Positions 11,808 to 25,802 of a stretch of 64,000 nt of DNA are shown here, in pieces. The translations under genes and the position numbers were made by a program. This DNA comes from Octopus sinensis (Eukaryota), in the NCBI RefSeq assembly GCF_006345805.1, contig NW_021833449.1, positions 1 through 64,000 on the forward strand, read 5' to 3'. Positions within the stretch are counted from its first letter, which is position 1; each line of letters begins with the position of its first letter. Below the pieces are notes generated by a model, which did no database searches, was not told where the DNA came from, and worked only from the letters and a program-made list of their open reading frames with translations.

Positions 11808-12654
11808 ATATATATATCTATATATATAATATATATTATATATATATATATAATATATATATATATGAGTGTGTGTGTGTGTGCGTGTGAGGAATGAGAT
11901 AACATACATATATTAGTGAGTCGCGTAAATGGAAGATTTCAGGCATTTTTAGTACTTTTAGTATTGTAGGATAATCAAAACCAGTGCATAACGTTCCCCG
12001 TCAAACATTATTCAAGATTATATTTATGTAGGAGTCGCGAGATGAAACAGTTGGGATGGATTGAAACGGAGGGGGGGGGCCATATGTAATTTTAGAAATA
12101 CGAGCAAAATATTCGGAGAAATATAAAACAAAAAAAGGTAAGGTGGTGAGATATAATGGAATAAATCAATTTGGAATCCAAATATGAAACATGCGAAAAA
12201 CCGCCAGTCTTTCCGCTGGTGTGTTTTATTATCGCCGCAGTAGACATGTTTTTATATGTAAATACACACATACGTACAAATGTTTATATAGAGATATGTT
12301 TGTGTGTGTGTGTGTATGACAATTGCCGCCCCGGTCGGTTTCGACGAATGAGTGTTTGAAGGAGAGAACTTATAGTTAAAGAGAATAATATATATATATA
12401 TATATATACATACATACATACATATATATAAGTGGAAAAATTACCATTATGTGGAAACCATTATGCTGGAAGAAGATCCGCTGTGGTCTTACCACTAAGA
12501 ATTGTTCCCTAGCAAATTTAACAAACACCAAAAACGTAAGCGAGCCAGACAAATGAAAAGTAACATGCTCGCTTACGTTTCTAGTGTTTGCTAAATTTTC
12601 CATTACACTTCAGACAGATTCAGCGCTGAATTGCTGAAGCAGAAATATCGTTAG

Positions 12655-12795
12655 AGCAAATATTCTGCTCAATACTACAGATTTGTCCGTCAGTTCCTTC
12701 ACCATAACCACTTGCGCATGTCCTTCAGTGGCTACCAATATATGCGTCTCTGATCGTGATTAGGAGTACTGGAGTATAGAAACCATGTGCTGAGA
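12655..12795 (+). mobile_element. Diverged fragment of the unclassified repeat at 19065-19560
   Basis: GCAAATATTCTGCTCAATAC.ACAGATTTG matches ~19098 onward. Confidence 0.7.
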
Positions 12796-13318
12796 TGATT
12801 TTTTTGAGTGTTAATAAATGTAACGAAAGCAAAATTTAAAGAAAGTATCAGCCATTTTTCATACTTTCACAGGATAAGCAAATAGAAAATAGCTGTTGCT
12901 ACCCAAGGACAAAAATAGTGTTACAAGGTATTATTAACAGGCATCAGACTTATGAATCAATTAGTCTTCGGCTGGATTTCTTCACAAAGTTCCCACGCCT
13001 CATATATTTAGTTCCAAATGGTTTATTCCACCACTCGTGCTTGTATGTAGATATTATAGAATGGAGTGCTTCTTATCTGTATTTATCACAGAATGAAATG
13101 TAATATTAATGTAAACAGCGGCAATTCAAGTCTACGACACTATTTCTAGGCATAGAATAAGAAATGTTAATCATAATCATGATTCGGATACTCTTGGGAG
13201 ATATGTAGGTACATGATTTTATACTTTACAAGTTCCAGCTAATTGGCTGTGGCGATACTGGAACGCCTCCAAGGAGAATGTCTACCAAGAATACCAAATT
13301 CCCCTTTCTCTGATTATT

Positions 13319-13366
<48 letters not shown>

Positions 13367-13491
13367 GTACAAAGTAATATAGGGGCTATGAGTATCTGTC
13401 TTATCATTTATTTTCTTGTTCTTATTGGATAGTATAGGAAGCATGTTTTTTATATATCAATATTATTATTATAATTTTATAGCTACGTATA

Positions 13492-13623
13492 TCCTCTGAC
13501 GAGGCCTTTGGATATTTAAACAGACAAATATAATTTTTAATGCCTAAGACTATACTACAATGGCATATATGGGCAATTTAAGTTGGATTGTCTCTTCACC
13601 ATAGGCTGAAACAGCTGTAAGGA
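13492..13623 (+). ncRNA. Type I minimal hammerhead ribozyme (Penelope-type) with extended helix II
   Basis: Stem I TCCT (13492-95) pairs with AGGA (13620-23). Core CTGACGA at 13496-502. Helix II GGCCTTTGG (13503-11) pairs with CCATAGGCT (13599-607). GAAA at 13608-11. Palindromic helix III CAGCTG, then the GTA cleavage triplet at 13617-19. Confidence 0.75.
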
Positions 13624-13707
13624 CCAGTTTATTTGTACCATTTTTATTTTATTATTAATTTGCATTTTGATGTATATTGTTTTGTTCGATTTTCATGTTC
13701 CTATTTG

Positions 13708-13740
<33 letters not shown>

Positions 13741-13756
13741 ATCCTCTTTGCACGTA

Positions 13757-13943
13757 TACTCTTCTACTTGTTTCAGTCATTTGACTGTGGCCATTCATGC
13801 AAATCGACCCCAGGACTTACTCTTTGTAAGCCTAGTACTTATTCTATCGGTCTCTTATGCCGAACCGCTAAGTTACGGGGATGTAAACACACCAACATCG
13901 GTTGTCAAGCGATTTTGAGTGACAAACACAGACACACAAACAT

Positions 13944-13977
<34 letters not shown>

Positions 13978-14131
13978 GCGACAGGTTTCTTACAGTTTTC
14001 GTCTACCAAATCCACTCACAAGGCTTTGGTCGGCCCGAGGCTATAGTAGAAGACACTTGCCCAAGGTGCCACACGGTGGGACTGTACCCGATACCATTTG
14101 GTTCGTAAGTAGGCTACTTACCACACATCCA
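13757..14131 (-). mobile_element. CORE-like SINE, near full-length
   Basis: Reverse complement of the 10294-10704 family. Confidence 0.85.
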
Positions 14132-15506
14132 TATATATATACATATATATATTATATATATATATATATATAATTATATATATATACATACATATATATT
14201 ATATATATATATATAAACATGCATATGAAAATGTGTGTGCGTGTGTATGGTGGAGATCTTTTTATATAAACTTGGCATGAACGACCCTTAAATAGTTGTA
14301 GTATTCTGAGTTGCATCCAATTTTTTTTTCTGTTTTTTCACAAGTCATACATTATGAACAATTAAAAAGAAAAGTGTCTTACCAGTATGGCACTTTTACC
14401 AAAATAAATACAAACTTCAAAACTATAAAGGGAGATACGTAAAATAAGGAACAAAATAATAACATAAAGAGGGTCTTTGAGCTATTAAGAAAGAAATCAT
14501 TACATAAAAATTATTGTTATCATCTTCAAAAAGATCGAATATATTTTTTACTTATTTTTATTACATTTGCGAATATATTTTATTTTATTTCTCTATTTTT
14601 CGCCCATTTATTTATTTATTTATTTATTTATTTATATATTTATTTATTTATCAGTTAGTTAGTTAAAAGGAACCATTCGGGAAGAATTTCAACTCTAAAC
14701 AATTTCGTTAAATGCTATTATTATTTAAAGCGTTTCGGACCTCCCCACCAACCGCCAACCATAGAAGCCGAAGCAATAATATCCAATTCTGCTATGTGTT
14801 TCTCTTTGTTTTGTTTACTCTTATTTTATTTTATTTTTATTTATATTAATTTATATATATTTATTTAATTTTTTTTTTTTTGCTATTTTCTACATCTTTA
14901 TATATCCTGCTGAAAAATGTAAAAAAAGCTCCCTAAGGGATTCTGGTATTTATTAATATTTCTCCATTTTCCCATTCAATTACTACCATTTGATTACAAG
15001 GGAGAAAAAAAAAATTCCGCATCTAAATTAATAAATAAATAAAAACAACAAAACAACAGCAAAAAAAAACCGAAACAAATGTACAACTACGGAGTTGCAA
15101 TTGTTTATTTGTTGTACATCTGTCTGCATGTATGACTGAGCGTGACAACGTAGGTGCATGTGTGCACTTATAAATTTTGTACATGTATGTGAGTATGAAC
15201 TTATGTCCATGTGCGCGCATATAAGATATGTACTTGCATGTTCATATACGTAAATGTGTGTGTGAGTACGTGTGAATGTGTGTGTGAGTTCGTGTGAATG
15301 TGCGTGTGTAAAAGTTTGAATTTAGTTATTACTTATGTGTATATGTACGGGTACGTATATCAAAATAGACGCGAAGATATTGCTGTACATGTATAAATAT
15401 AAGTACGCATATATGTATAAACGCATGCATGGCATGGGGGGAGAGTACGCACGCACACATGCACTCACATGCACGTACACATACACACAGATACATATAT
15501 AATATA

Positions 15507-15551
<45 letters not shown>

Positions 15552-15655
15552 ATATATACATGTATATATGCATGGTCGAAATATATATATAATATATATA
15601 TATGTGGTGTGTGTATGTATGATATATGTATATAATATACATATATATATATATA

Positions 15656-15691
<36 letters not shown>

Positions 15692-15734
15692 TATAATATA
15701 TATGTATATATATATATATATATAATCATTGATT

Positions 15735-15777
<43 letters not shown>

Positions 15778-15792
15778 GATAGATAGATAGAT

Positions 15793-15820
<28 letters not shown>

Positions 15821-15823
<3 letters not shown>

Positions 15824-16317
15824 GTATCTTTGCGCTTTCATATATATCAAGTCACATTGAGTTTAGGAATGGTCAGATATGTTCTTGTATTGATAAGTGC
15901 ATACACTATTTGGCATGTACAGGTAAACACACTATCCACACACGTACACACGTACACACACACACACTCACGCACACACACACACACACACTCATGCACC
16001 CATATATGCACATATTTTACTATGGGACAGATATGTTAATATTAGAAAATTTATCAAATTCTTCCATAAAATTTCCCTACAATATGCTAGTCATTAAAAC
16101 CCTCTTTCTTTTAAATATAATATAAAGGAAAGAACCATTATAATTTTTTACAATAAATGTAATTAGTTGAATATATTTTTTCATATATTTCTATTTTTCA
16201 TTCATTACGAAAATTGTATATTTATTCTTTTTTCGTCAATCTCCCCACTTCAAAGACTGCCTCCCTATATTTCTTCTTACGTAACGCAATCTATACTCAT
16301 ATAAATACATACATATA

Positions 16318-16360
<43 letters not shown>

Positions 16361-16483
16361 TATTGACGTTGTGTCTATTTTTGCATATTTGGCATTAGAC
16401 ATTCTTTCTTTTGCCCTACTTATAAATTGTATTATATATATATATATATATAATTATATAGATATATATATATATCTTATATA

Positions 16484-16524
<41 letters not shown>

Positions 16525-17200
16525 ATATGCATGTGTCGAAATTAGATATTAGATATATATATTGTGTGGTATGTATGTATATATGTATATAATATATATA
16601 TATAATATATATATTAATATATATTAATATATTATAGTATATATATTGATGATAGATAGATAGATAGATAGATAGATAGAAGATAGATAATTAGATAGAT
16701 AGATAGATGTATCTTTGCGCTTCATAATATCAAGTCACATTGAGTTTAGGAATGGTCAGATATGTTCTTGTATTGATAAGTGCATACACTATTTGGCATG
16801 TACAGGTAAACACACCTATCCACACACGTACACACGTACACACACACCACTCACTCAGCACACACACACAACACACTCATGCACCCATATATGCACTATA
16901 TTTTACTATGGGACAGATAGTTATATTAGAAAATTTATCAAATTCTTCCATAAAATTTCCCTACAATATGCTAGTCATTAAAACCCTCTTTCTTTTAAAT
17001 ATAATATAAAGGAAAGAACCATTATAATTTTTTACAATAAATGTAATTAGTTGAATATATTTTTTCATATATTTCTATTTTTCATTCATTACGAAAATTG
17101 TATATTTATTCTTTTTTCGTCAATCTCCCCACTTCAAAGACTGCCTCCCTATATTTCTTCTTACGTAACGCAAATCTATACTCATATAAATACATACATA
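15821..17200. repeat. Tandem duplication, ~885-bp period (15821-16314 matches 16706-17200)
   Basis: Unique AT-rich sequence repeated almost identically; the differences are mostly 1-nt indels. Confidence 0.9.
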
Positions 17201-17209
17201 ATACATACA

Positions 17210-17243
<34 letters not shown>

Positions 17244-17858
17244 CGTATATAGATATATATATACATATGTATGTATGTATTATGTATGTATGTGGATAGT
17301 AAGTATAATATATATATTTATACTTGCATCCATCTATAATATATAATTATGCATATAATATATAAATATATACGTATGCGTTACACACACACACAGACAC
17401 ACATACACACGTACACACACACAAACATATATATATATAACACTAGCTGTTTATGTTTGCCTATGTATGCATGTATATATATATACTCACACATATATAT
17501 TTATATACGTATGTATATGTATATATTTATGTATATATATACATGTATGTATGTGTGTGTGTGTGCAAGTATGTATATAATCACCAAAAAATTTGGAGTA
17601 TACGTGAAAGGAAAATGCATCCAGTACATCTGCCATTTAAATATTTGTATTAAAAGATTCTTTTCCCCCGTTGAATCATATTTCTTGCATTAGTGATGAT
17701 GCCGAATCCAGTTTCTGAACGTTTGAATTCTTAGTTCCATGTACTGTTTTGTGTCGATCTTCTGGACATTATTGGTCTTCATTAGGCCTCAGTAAGACTC
17801 ATTCTAAACGTGGCGAAATCGTCTTCTCTGTGGCTTCCGTTTTTTTACTGCTGGTTGC

Positions 17859-17908
17859 GAATCTTTTCGGTTTGAACGGCAGTTTATTTCTAGCAGTGTC
17901 ATATGAAA
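17859..17908. mobile_element. Solo left end of the MITE at 399-841
   Basis: GAATCTTTTCGGTTTGAACGGCAGTTTATTTCTAGCAGTGTCATATGAAA matches ~399-447. Confidence 0.8.
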
Positions 17909-18024
17909 GAGATGATACAGGTTGTAGTTTCCCAAAATATATGGGAATATAACAATTAACATCAACCAAGCTTGTAGCCACTCTTGGACATTAATCTATA
18001 ACCCCCGGCAGATAAACACTGAGA

Positions 18025-18292
18025 GTGTTTGCTGGACATTGTTGTAGAGCTGAAAACGTGTTTGCTGGACATTGTTGTAGAGCTGAAACCGAGGCATTTC
18101 TACTCTTCTCCTCTGGAAGCCATCTACTCGCGATACCAGAGGGCGCACACTCTCCTACCCTGATGTGATCTCCAGGGATACAGGCACCCAGTAACAGGAC
18201 CTCCGTAATGCTATGATGGACTGTGAGATCTGGCGTAGCATAGTAAATTCCATTGTCTCGACCACGGTCGAACAATGATGATGATGATGATG
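18025..18292 (+). mobile_element. RTE-clade LINE 3' end with (TGA)n tail
   Basis: Translates as FAGHCCRAE..ISTLLLWKPSTRDTRGRTLSYPDVISRDTG..DLRNAMMDCEIWRSIV, typical of an RTE ORF C-terminus; followed by (TGA)n. Confidence 0.7.
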
Positions 18293-19003
18293 TTATATTC
18301 CAGCCTTGAAGGTTACTATTAAATTGTCCCTAAACTTACCCAAAATATGTCCGATTACATTCTATGAAATTCTTAAACCAGCATCAACATCTGAGCATGT
18401 GTTGTAGATGGACGTGCTGTTGTCGAGAACGTCATGCTGAATAATGGAAATATATCTGTCATATCATCGCAAGTGTCACCAGAATTCTTGACAAGGTTTT
18501 TCCCATAGCAGGCAATGCTGTTGTGGTTACAGTTCTCCAATAATTCTACATATTACGACAGTCGGCTGTATGCTGAACTCTCGGTTCCCTATCGATGGGT
18601 CCTGCTCTTGATTTGCGCCTCTGCATCTTTAGGAAACTACTTTTCATTTAAGTCTCCCTTTTTTTTTCTGAGAGGAAGGCGGACACAAAAATGTTTACGT
18701 CCATACTTTAACGACGGAGCAGACGCGAAATAGCCATAACGATATATATAAAAAAAAATCTAGAACGAATTACACAAGGAGTGACACCTAATAATGACTC
18801 ACGATAGATACTATTTCTCTGAGTGCTGGCAAAATGCCTGAAATATTTTATGAGGTGAAGAATTAGTCGATACTATCGATCTCAATGCTGAACTATTAAT
18901 AGCATGTACTACTATTACTACTACTACTACAACTAATAACAACAACAAAACAACAACAACAATAATAATAATAATAATAATAATAACATATAATAACATG
19001 CGG

Positions 19004-19064
19004 TGCTCCAGCATGGCCGCAGTCAAATGACTGAAGCAAGTAAAAGAGTAAAAGAGAGAGTAAA
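19004..19064 (+). mobile_element. Isolated 3' tail of the CORE-like SINE (or of its partner LINE)
   Basis: GCGGTGCTCCAGCATGGCCGCAGTCAAATGACTGAAGCAAGTAAAAGAG. Confidence 0.8.
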
Positions 19065-19560
19065 GAGTATTGTTTTTTCTTGGTATAAAAGATGGGCTAC
19101 AGCAAATATTCTGCTCAATACCACAGATTTGCTTGTCAGTTGTTTGACCATAACCAGTTGACCATGTCCCTTAGTGGCTGACGATATGTGTGTCTCTGAC
19201 CATGAGCAGAAGTAGTGGGGGAGAATCATAGCCATGTGTTGAGAGGGATTCTTTGGGGTTTGAATAATTCACCTCTGGAAACATCGGTGTTTCGTTCAAC
19301 ATCCTTAAACAACCCTTATTCAGGGACCTTTTGAGCAGAATGGGTTACTCGACCAGAAGAAAATTCTAACTGGGCCCTACCTGCAAGGTCATGCGCTGTT
19401 TATCTTCATATGAGATCATCATGTCGCGCATGTATGGTTGTGATGCATGTGCCTGGTGTACCCTTATCAGACGGGTATTCATGATGGGTATACTGGGCTT
19501 CGTATATTTTACCCCAGTGTCACTTTGATGTAATGCACTGCTCTCTCACTCAATAATAAT
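19065..19560 (+). mobile_element. Unclassified interspersed repeat ending in (TAA)n, probably a LINE 3' region
   Basis: Partial copies at 12655-12795 and 39041-39205; ends CTCTCACTC(AAT)n. Confidence 0.65.
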
Positions 19561-19929
19561 AATAACAATAATAATAATAATAATAATAAGCAATTTATAA
19601 ATACATATATTCATATGATTCTGCTTACCCATATGTGTACCCACTGAGTACGCTCAGGCTTTAATAGGATGGTTCTGAAGATGTCGCGCTGACACCAAAT
19701 TTTGGGTGCAAGTCTCTTTCTGGACAAAACAACCTTCAGCTAATGAAGGCGATTACAAAACGTCTGTTTCTCATTTTTATTATCCATTTCCTAACATATA
19801 TGTATACAAAGATCAATAAAAGTATTATCCCTCAGAACCTAGACAAGAACGGTTATTAAAATAAAAATGCCAGGTGTGTAAATGATGAAGATGACGACGA
19901 CGACGATGAGAAGATGATGGAGATGATGG

Positions 19930-20130
19930 TGATGATGGTTATCATACTGGTAATAATGATGTTCGGAGTTAGCCCTATATCGCTGCGTAATTATTCTAAG
20001 AGTCAATACTAGATTATTAGCTTCATTGAGAACAAGAGAAACGCAAAAAGCCATACGAAATAATGGTAATAAGACGAAGTAATACGATAGCAATAATAAT
20101 AATAATAATGATAATAATAATAATAATTGC

Positions 20131-20165
<35 letters not shown>

Positions 20166-20171
20166 TAATAA

Positions 20172-20215
<44 letters not shown>

Positions 20216-20324
20216 GATGATGATGATGATAATATAACAATAATAATAATAATAATATAATAATAATAATATTGCATAATAATAATAAAATAATAATAAT
20301 AGTAATAATATGCTTTATCAATAA

Positions 20325-20369
<45 letters not shown>

Positions 20370-20377
20370 TGATGATG

Positions 20378-20408
<31 letters not shown>

Positions 20409-20715
20409 TAATAATAATAAAAATATAATAATAATAATAATAATAATATATAATAATAGTGATGTGATGATATAATAATAACAATAATTAATAATAATGA
20501 TAATAATAATAATAATGCAATATAATAATAATAATAATAATAATATAATAATAATAATAATGATAATAATAATAATAATAAAATAATAATAATAAGAATC
20601 TAATAATAATAAAATAATAATGATGATGATGATAATAATAAAATAATAATAATTAGAATAATAATAATTACAATAATAATAATAATAATAATTACAATAA
20701 TAATATAATAATAAA

Positions 20716-20765
<50 letters not shown>

Positions 20766-20838
20766 TGATGATGATGATAATAATAACAATAATAATAATA
20801 ATAATGATAATAATAATAATAATAATATTAATATAATG

Positions 20839-20870
<32 letters not shown>

Positions 20871-21070
20871 TAATAATAATAATAATAATGATGATGATGA
20901 TACATAATAAAATAATAATAATAGTATAATAATAATACAATACAATAATAATATAATTATAATAATAATAAAAATAATAATATAATAAAATAATAATAAT
21001 GATGATGATGATGATGATTTAATAATAACATAATAATAATAATAATGATAATAATATAATAATTGCAATA

Positions 21071-21109
<39 letters not shown>

Positions 21110-21500
21110 TGATGAATATAATAATAATAATAATAATAATAATTAATAGTAATAATAATAATTACAATAATAATAATAATAATAAAATAATAATAATATA
21201 ATAATAAATAATCATAATAATAATAATATGATGATGATTGATAATAATAACAATAATAATAATAATAATGATAAAATAATATTAATTGCAATAATAATAT
21301 AATAATAATATAATAATGATAATAATAATAATAAAAATAATAATAATCATAATAAACTAATAATAATAAATGATGATGATGATAATAATAATAATAATAA
21401 TAATACTAATATAATAATAAAATTAATAATAATAATTACAATAATAATAATATAATAATTACAATATAGAATAATAATAATTACAATAATAATAAGAAGA
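19930..21500. repeat. ~1.5-kb (AAT)n/(GAT)n degenerate microsatellite
   Basis: Direct inspection; source of the 409-aa poly-I/L/Y ORF. Confidence 0.97.
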
Positions 21501-21540
21501 AGAAGAGAAGAGGAAGAAGAAGAAGAAGTAGACGACGAAG

Positions 21541-21572
<32 letters not shown>

Positions 21573-21645
21573 GACGACGAAGAAGAAGAAGAACAAGAAC
21601 AAGAACAAGAAGAAGGGTTGAGGAGGAGGAGGAGGAGGAGGAGAA
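21494..21645. repeat. (GAA)/(GGA)n purine tract
   Basis: Direct inspection. Confidence 0.95.
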
Positions 21646-23420
21646 GGATATTCACTACAAACCCATGAACACATGCACTAATAATTTGCAGAGCTAAAAA
21701 TGTTACCATTGCCGCTGTTACATTAAAAAAAGACTTCAATTAAACAATTAATGATGGATTCTTTTATTGAAGAGAGTATAACAAAAATCGACTATATATA
21801 TATATATATATTATATATAATATATATATATATATATAGTATATATATATATATATATCTATATAATATATAGGCGAAAAATTATAAAAGGTAGAATGCT
21901 AAATTGAAGGTAAATTTTAATAAAAGTGGGTGCATGGAAAATTAAAAAGAATTTTTTTTTAAATATTATCCCTAACCGGTTTTCATCGCAAAGCAAATTT
22001 TCAAGAATTGAAAGGTGAAAAGAAAATTATATATATATACGTATATATACAATTATATATATATATATATATATATAGAGAGGAGAGGAGAGAGAGAGAA
22101 GAAGAGAAGGAGATAAGTATGTATTATAAATATATATATAATATATATATCTAATTATATATATATAAATATATATATTATAGACATATATACATAGAGA
22201 TATATGTATGCGCGTGTATACCTTCCTATATATGTATAAACATATATGTACATATCTACATTATACATGTATATCATATGTATATTATATATATACATAT
22301 AAACATATATAGTATCTCCATAATTTAACGTTCTTAAAATACTGCCACTCAACTCTTCATTAGACGCACATACAAAAGACACGTAGTCACACATGCACAC
22401 TTATACACATGCACTCTGTAACTTTGGTTGCCTACCGAGGAATATAAAAAGAACTTTTTCTGTTCAATGTTCTTCGATAAGGAAAAATCATTGCAACTTT
22501 CTCTTTCAATAAACCACAATTTGTTTCTTTTATATATTTACTACGGATTGCTCGAAGCTAACTTTCTTCCTACACCTCGATCCCTGGAACTTACATTTAT
22601 ATATTACGTTTATATATTTGTTTTGCAAGATTTTTGATGTGAAATTGTGTGTTGAAACAGATATTGATGTATTTAGGAAATAAGATTAAGATTAATGTAA
22701 AAAATAAATAACGCTGAAGCAAAGTAAAACCAAATATATAGTGCGTAGGTTTTTATTGGCTATACTGGCAAAATGACCATTCCTAAATACAAAAATACAT
22801 TTATATATATATATATATGTATGTATAAATGTGTGTGAGTGTTTGTGTGTGAGTGTGTGTGTGTATGTGTATGCGTGTGTGTGCATGTGTGTGTGTCTGT
22901 GTGTGTGTGCGCGCGTGTGTGTGTGAGTTTTAGATTGATGGGATTAAAAAAAACTTGTAAATAGATGGAAGGAGGTCATAGATAATCAGGGGAAGTACAT
23001 TGATGATTAAATTTCAATTAAATATAACATTTGATTACTTGTTTTCTTTATTCAAAATTCGGACCCAATATACATACGTGTGCGTGTATATACACAAACA
23101 CGCATGCGCTCTCACGTACACTGACACACACACAACACACACACGCACGCACACTCATATATACACACTGAGTGTCGAGAAAGAGACAGTTTATCTATGA
23201 AGTAGAATCTATATATTTTCGTAAATCCAAATACGCGAAACGGGCGCCATTAAATTTTCAATGTTTACAACTTAAGAAATATTGTACACCAATAACAATG
23301 ACAATCGAAATCAATAGCAAAATATGTTTGAAGTTACCACGATTTGTGGATGAGAGAGAATTAGAAAGATATAGAGGAAGAGCGCCTATCTATGTATCTA
23401 GCTTCCTGCCTATCTATCGG

Positions 23421-23479
<59 letters not shown>

Positions 23480-24519
23480 GTATAGTTATTTACTTGTATT
23501 TGTCTTTGCATCTTAATCTTCCCTTCTCTTTAACTCTCTCTCTCTCTCATTTATATACATATATACATATATATATATATGTTTGTGTTTGTATGTATAT
23601 ATATATAATATAGCTATATATAATATATATATATATCGATAGATAGATAGATAGATAGATAGATAGAAACATACATACAAACATACATACAACATATATA
23701 CAAACATATACACACACACATATATATATATATATAATATATATAATTTTATGTATCTATATACATATTTAAAGAGAGACAGACATACAGACACACACAT
23801 CGAAACGGATATATATTAATCGATGTGTACAAGTATATATATATATATACACACACACAGACACTTGCACGATCTCATACAAACATAGAGAAATACATAC
23901 GTTCGTACATACACACATGTTTAGATATATATATACATACATACATACATGCATACATGCATACGTACATGCATACATACGTACGTACGTACGTACGTAC
24001 ATGAATACATACACATATATGTAAATGAGACAAACGAAGAGGCAAATACTTCAGAGTAATTATATCATTTGATTACATTAAACTTGCTGACCTTTATTTC
24101 CTAACGTTTTGAGTTTAAGTAATTTACCAAAAGATGCCGTAATTAAAGGCACCTTCACGTTGGAGACCGCATTTTACACCTTCTTCGCAACAGCCTTCTT
24201 TGACACATCGTTCTCTATAGCAAACATAAATATCACAATTATCATTGAATTGTAAAAAAGCGCATCGTTGCCTCACTGCTATCTTCATTATATAAATTGT
24301 ATGGATGATGAAGGCTTTGTGTACGAGTGTGTGTGTGTGTTGTGTACTTGTATTTGTGGGTCTTTGTTGTGTATGTGTGTGTCTTTGTTGTGTATGTATA
24401 GGTCTGCGTAAATACACGTCTGTGGATGTATGCAATTATGTGCGTCGTCATGTATGTATGCGTAGGCGTTTATTCATCAATGCACATGTTCATATATGTG
24501 TATGCAAGTGTATGTATAT

Positions 24520-24537
24520 ATATATATGTGTGTGTGG

Positions 24538-24570
<33 letters not shown>

Positions 24571-24618
24571 ATGTATATATATATATGTGTGTGTATATAA
24601 TATATTATATGTGTGTGT

Positions 24619-24650
<32 letters not shown>

Positions 24651-24783
24651 GATGTATATTATATATATGTGTGTGTATATATATATATATATGTGGTGTG
24701 TGTTGTGTATGTATTATATATATGTGTGTATATATATATATAATGTGTGTGTGTGTGTGTATGTATATATATATATATGTGTG

Positions 24784-24814
<31 letters not shown>

Positions 24815-24938
24815 ATGTATATATATATGTGTGTGTATATATATATATGTGGTGTGTGTGTGTATGTATATATATATATGTGTGTGTATATATATATATG
24901 TGTGTGTGTGTGTGTATGTGTATATAGATATATGTGTG

Positions 24939-24975
<37 letters not shown>

Positions 24976-25055
24976 ATGTATATAATATGTGTGTGTATAT
25001 ATATATATATATGTGTGTGTGTGTTGTGTGTGTGTATATATATATATATATATAG
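24520..25055. repeat. (TA)n(TG)n alternating compound microsatellite
   Basis: Direct inspection. Confidence 0.95.
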
Positions 25056-25499
25056 CTTATCTATGTATACAGAAATGTGCGTGTGTAGATGTATATAATG
25101 TATAACAGCGTACATATATTGTTCTTATTGTTATTATTGCACTTCGACGTTTTCATTAGTAATATCATTAATATAGTTGTTGTCATAATACTGTTGATGA
25201 TGATGATGAGGAGGGGGAGGAGTGGTTGGTGGTGGTGGTGGTGGTGATGATGATGATGATGATGATGACGACGATGATGATGACGACAATGATGACGACG
25301 ACGATGTTGACGATGGTGATGATGATGATATATTGGTATCATTATTATTATTGTTGTTGTCTTTATTAACTTATTATTATTATCCTCGCCACCATTGCGA
25401 TTTTCCTCTTCGTCATCATCATCGTCACTTACGTCATCATCATCAACACCATTGCTATATATAAATTCTACCTTTCAAAATTCTGCTCTATTATCGTTT

Positions 25500-25539
25500 A
25501 ATAAAATAACAATGTTGATAAAATAATGATAATAATTAC

Positions 25540-25602
<63 letters not shown>

Positions 25603-25756
25603 CATTATTATTTTATTAACATAATAATAATAATTATTATTATTATTTTATCAACATTATTGTTATTATTATTATTATCATTATTATTTTATTAAGATAA
25701 TAATAATAATTATTATTATTTTATCAACATTATTATTATTATTATCATTATTATTA

Positions 25757-25802
<46 letters not shown>

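Noticed and set aside
13226-13310. ORF fragment GGVPVSPQPISWNL
   Set aside because: It is a degenerate copy of the SINE tail (GGCGGTGCTCCAGCATGGCC...) on the minus strand.
19839-21068. 409-aa minus-strand ORF
   Set aside because: Translation of an (AAT)/(GAT) microsatellite; poly-I/L/Y with no domain.
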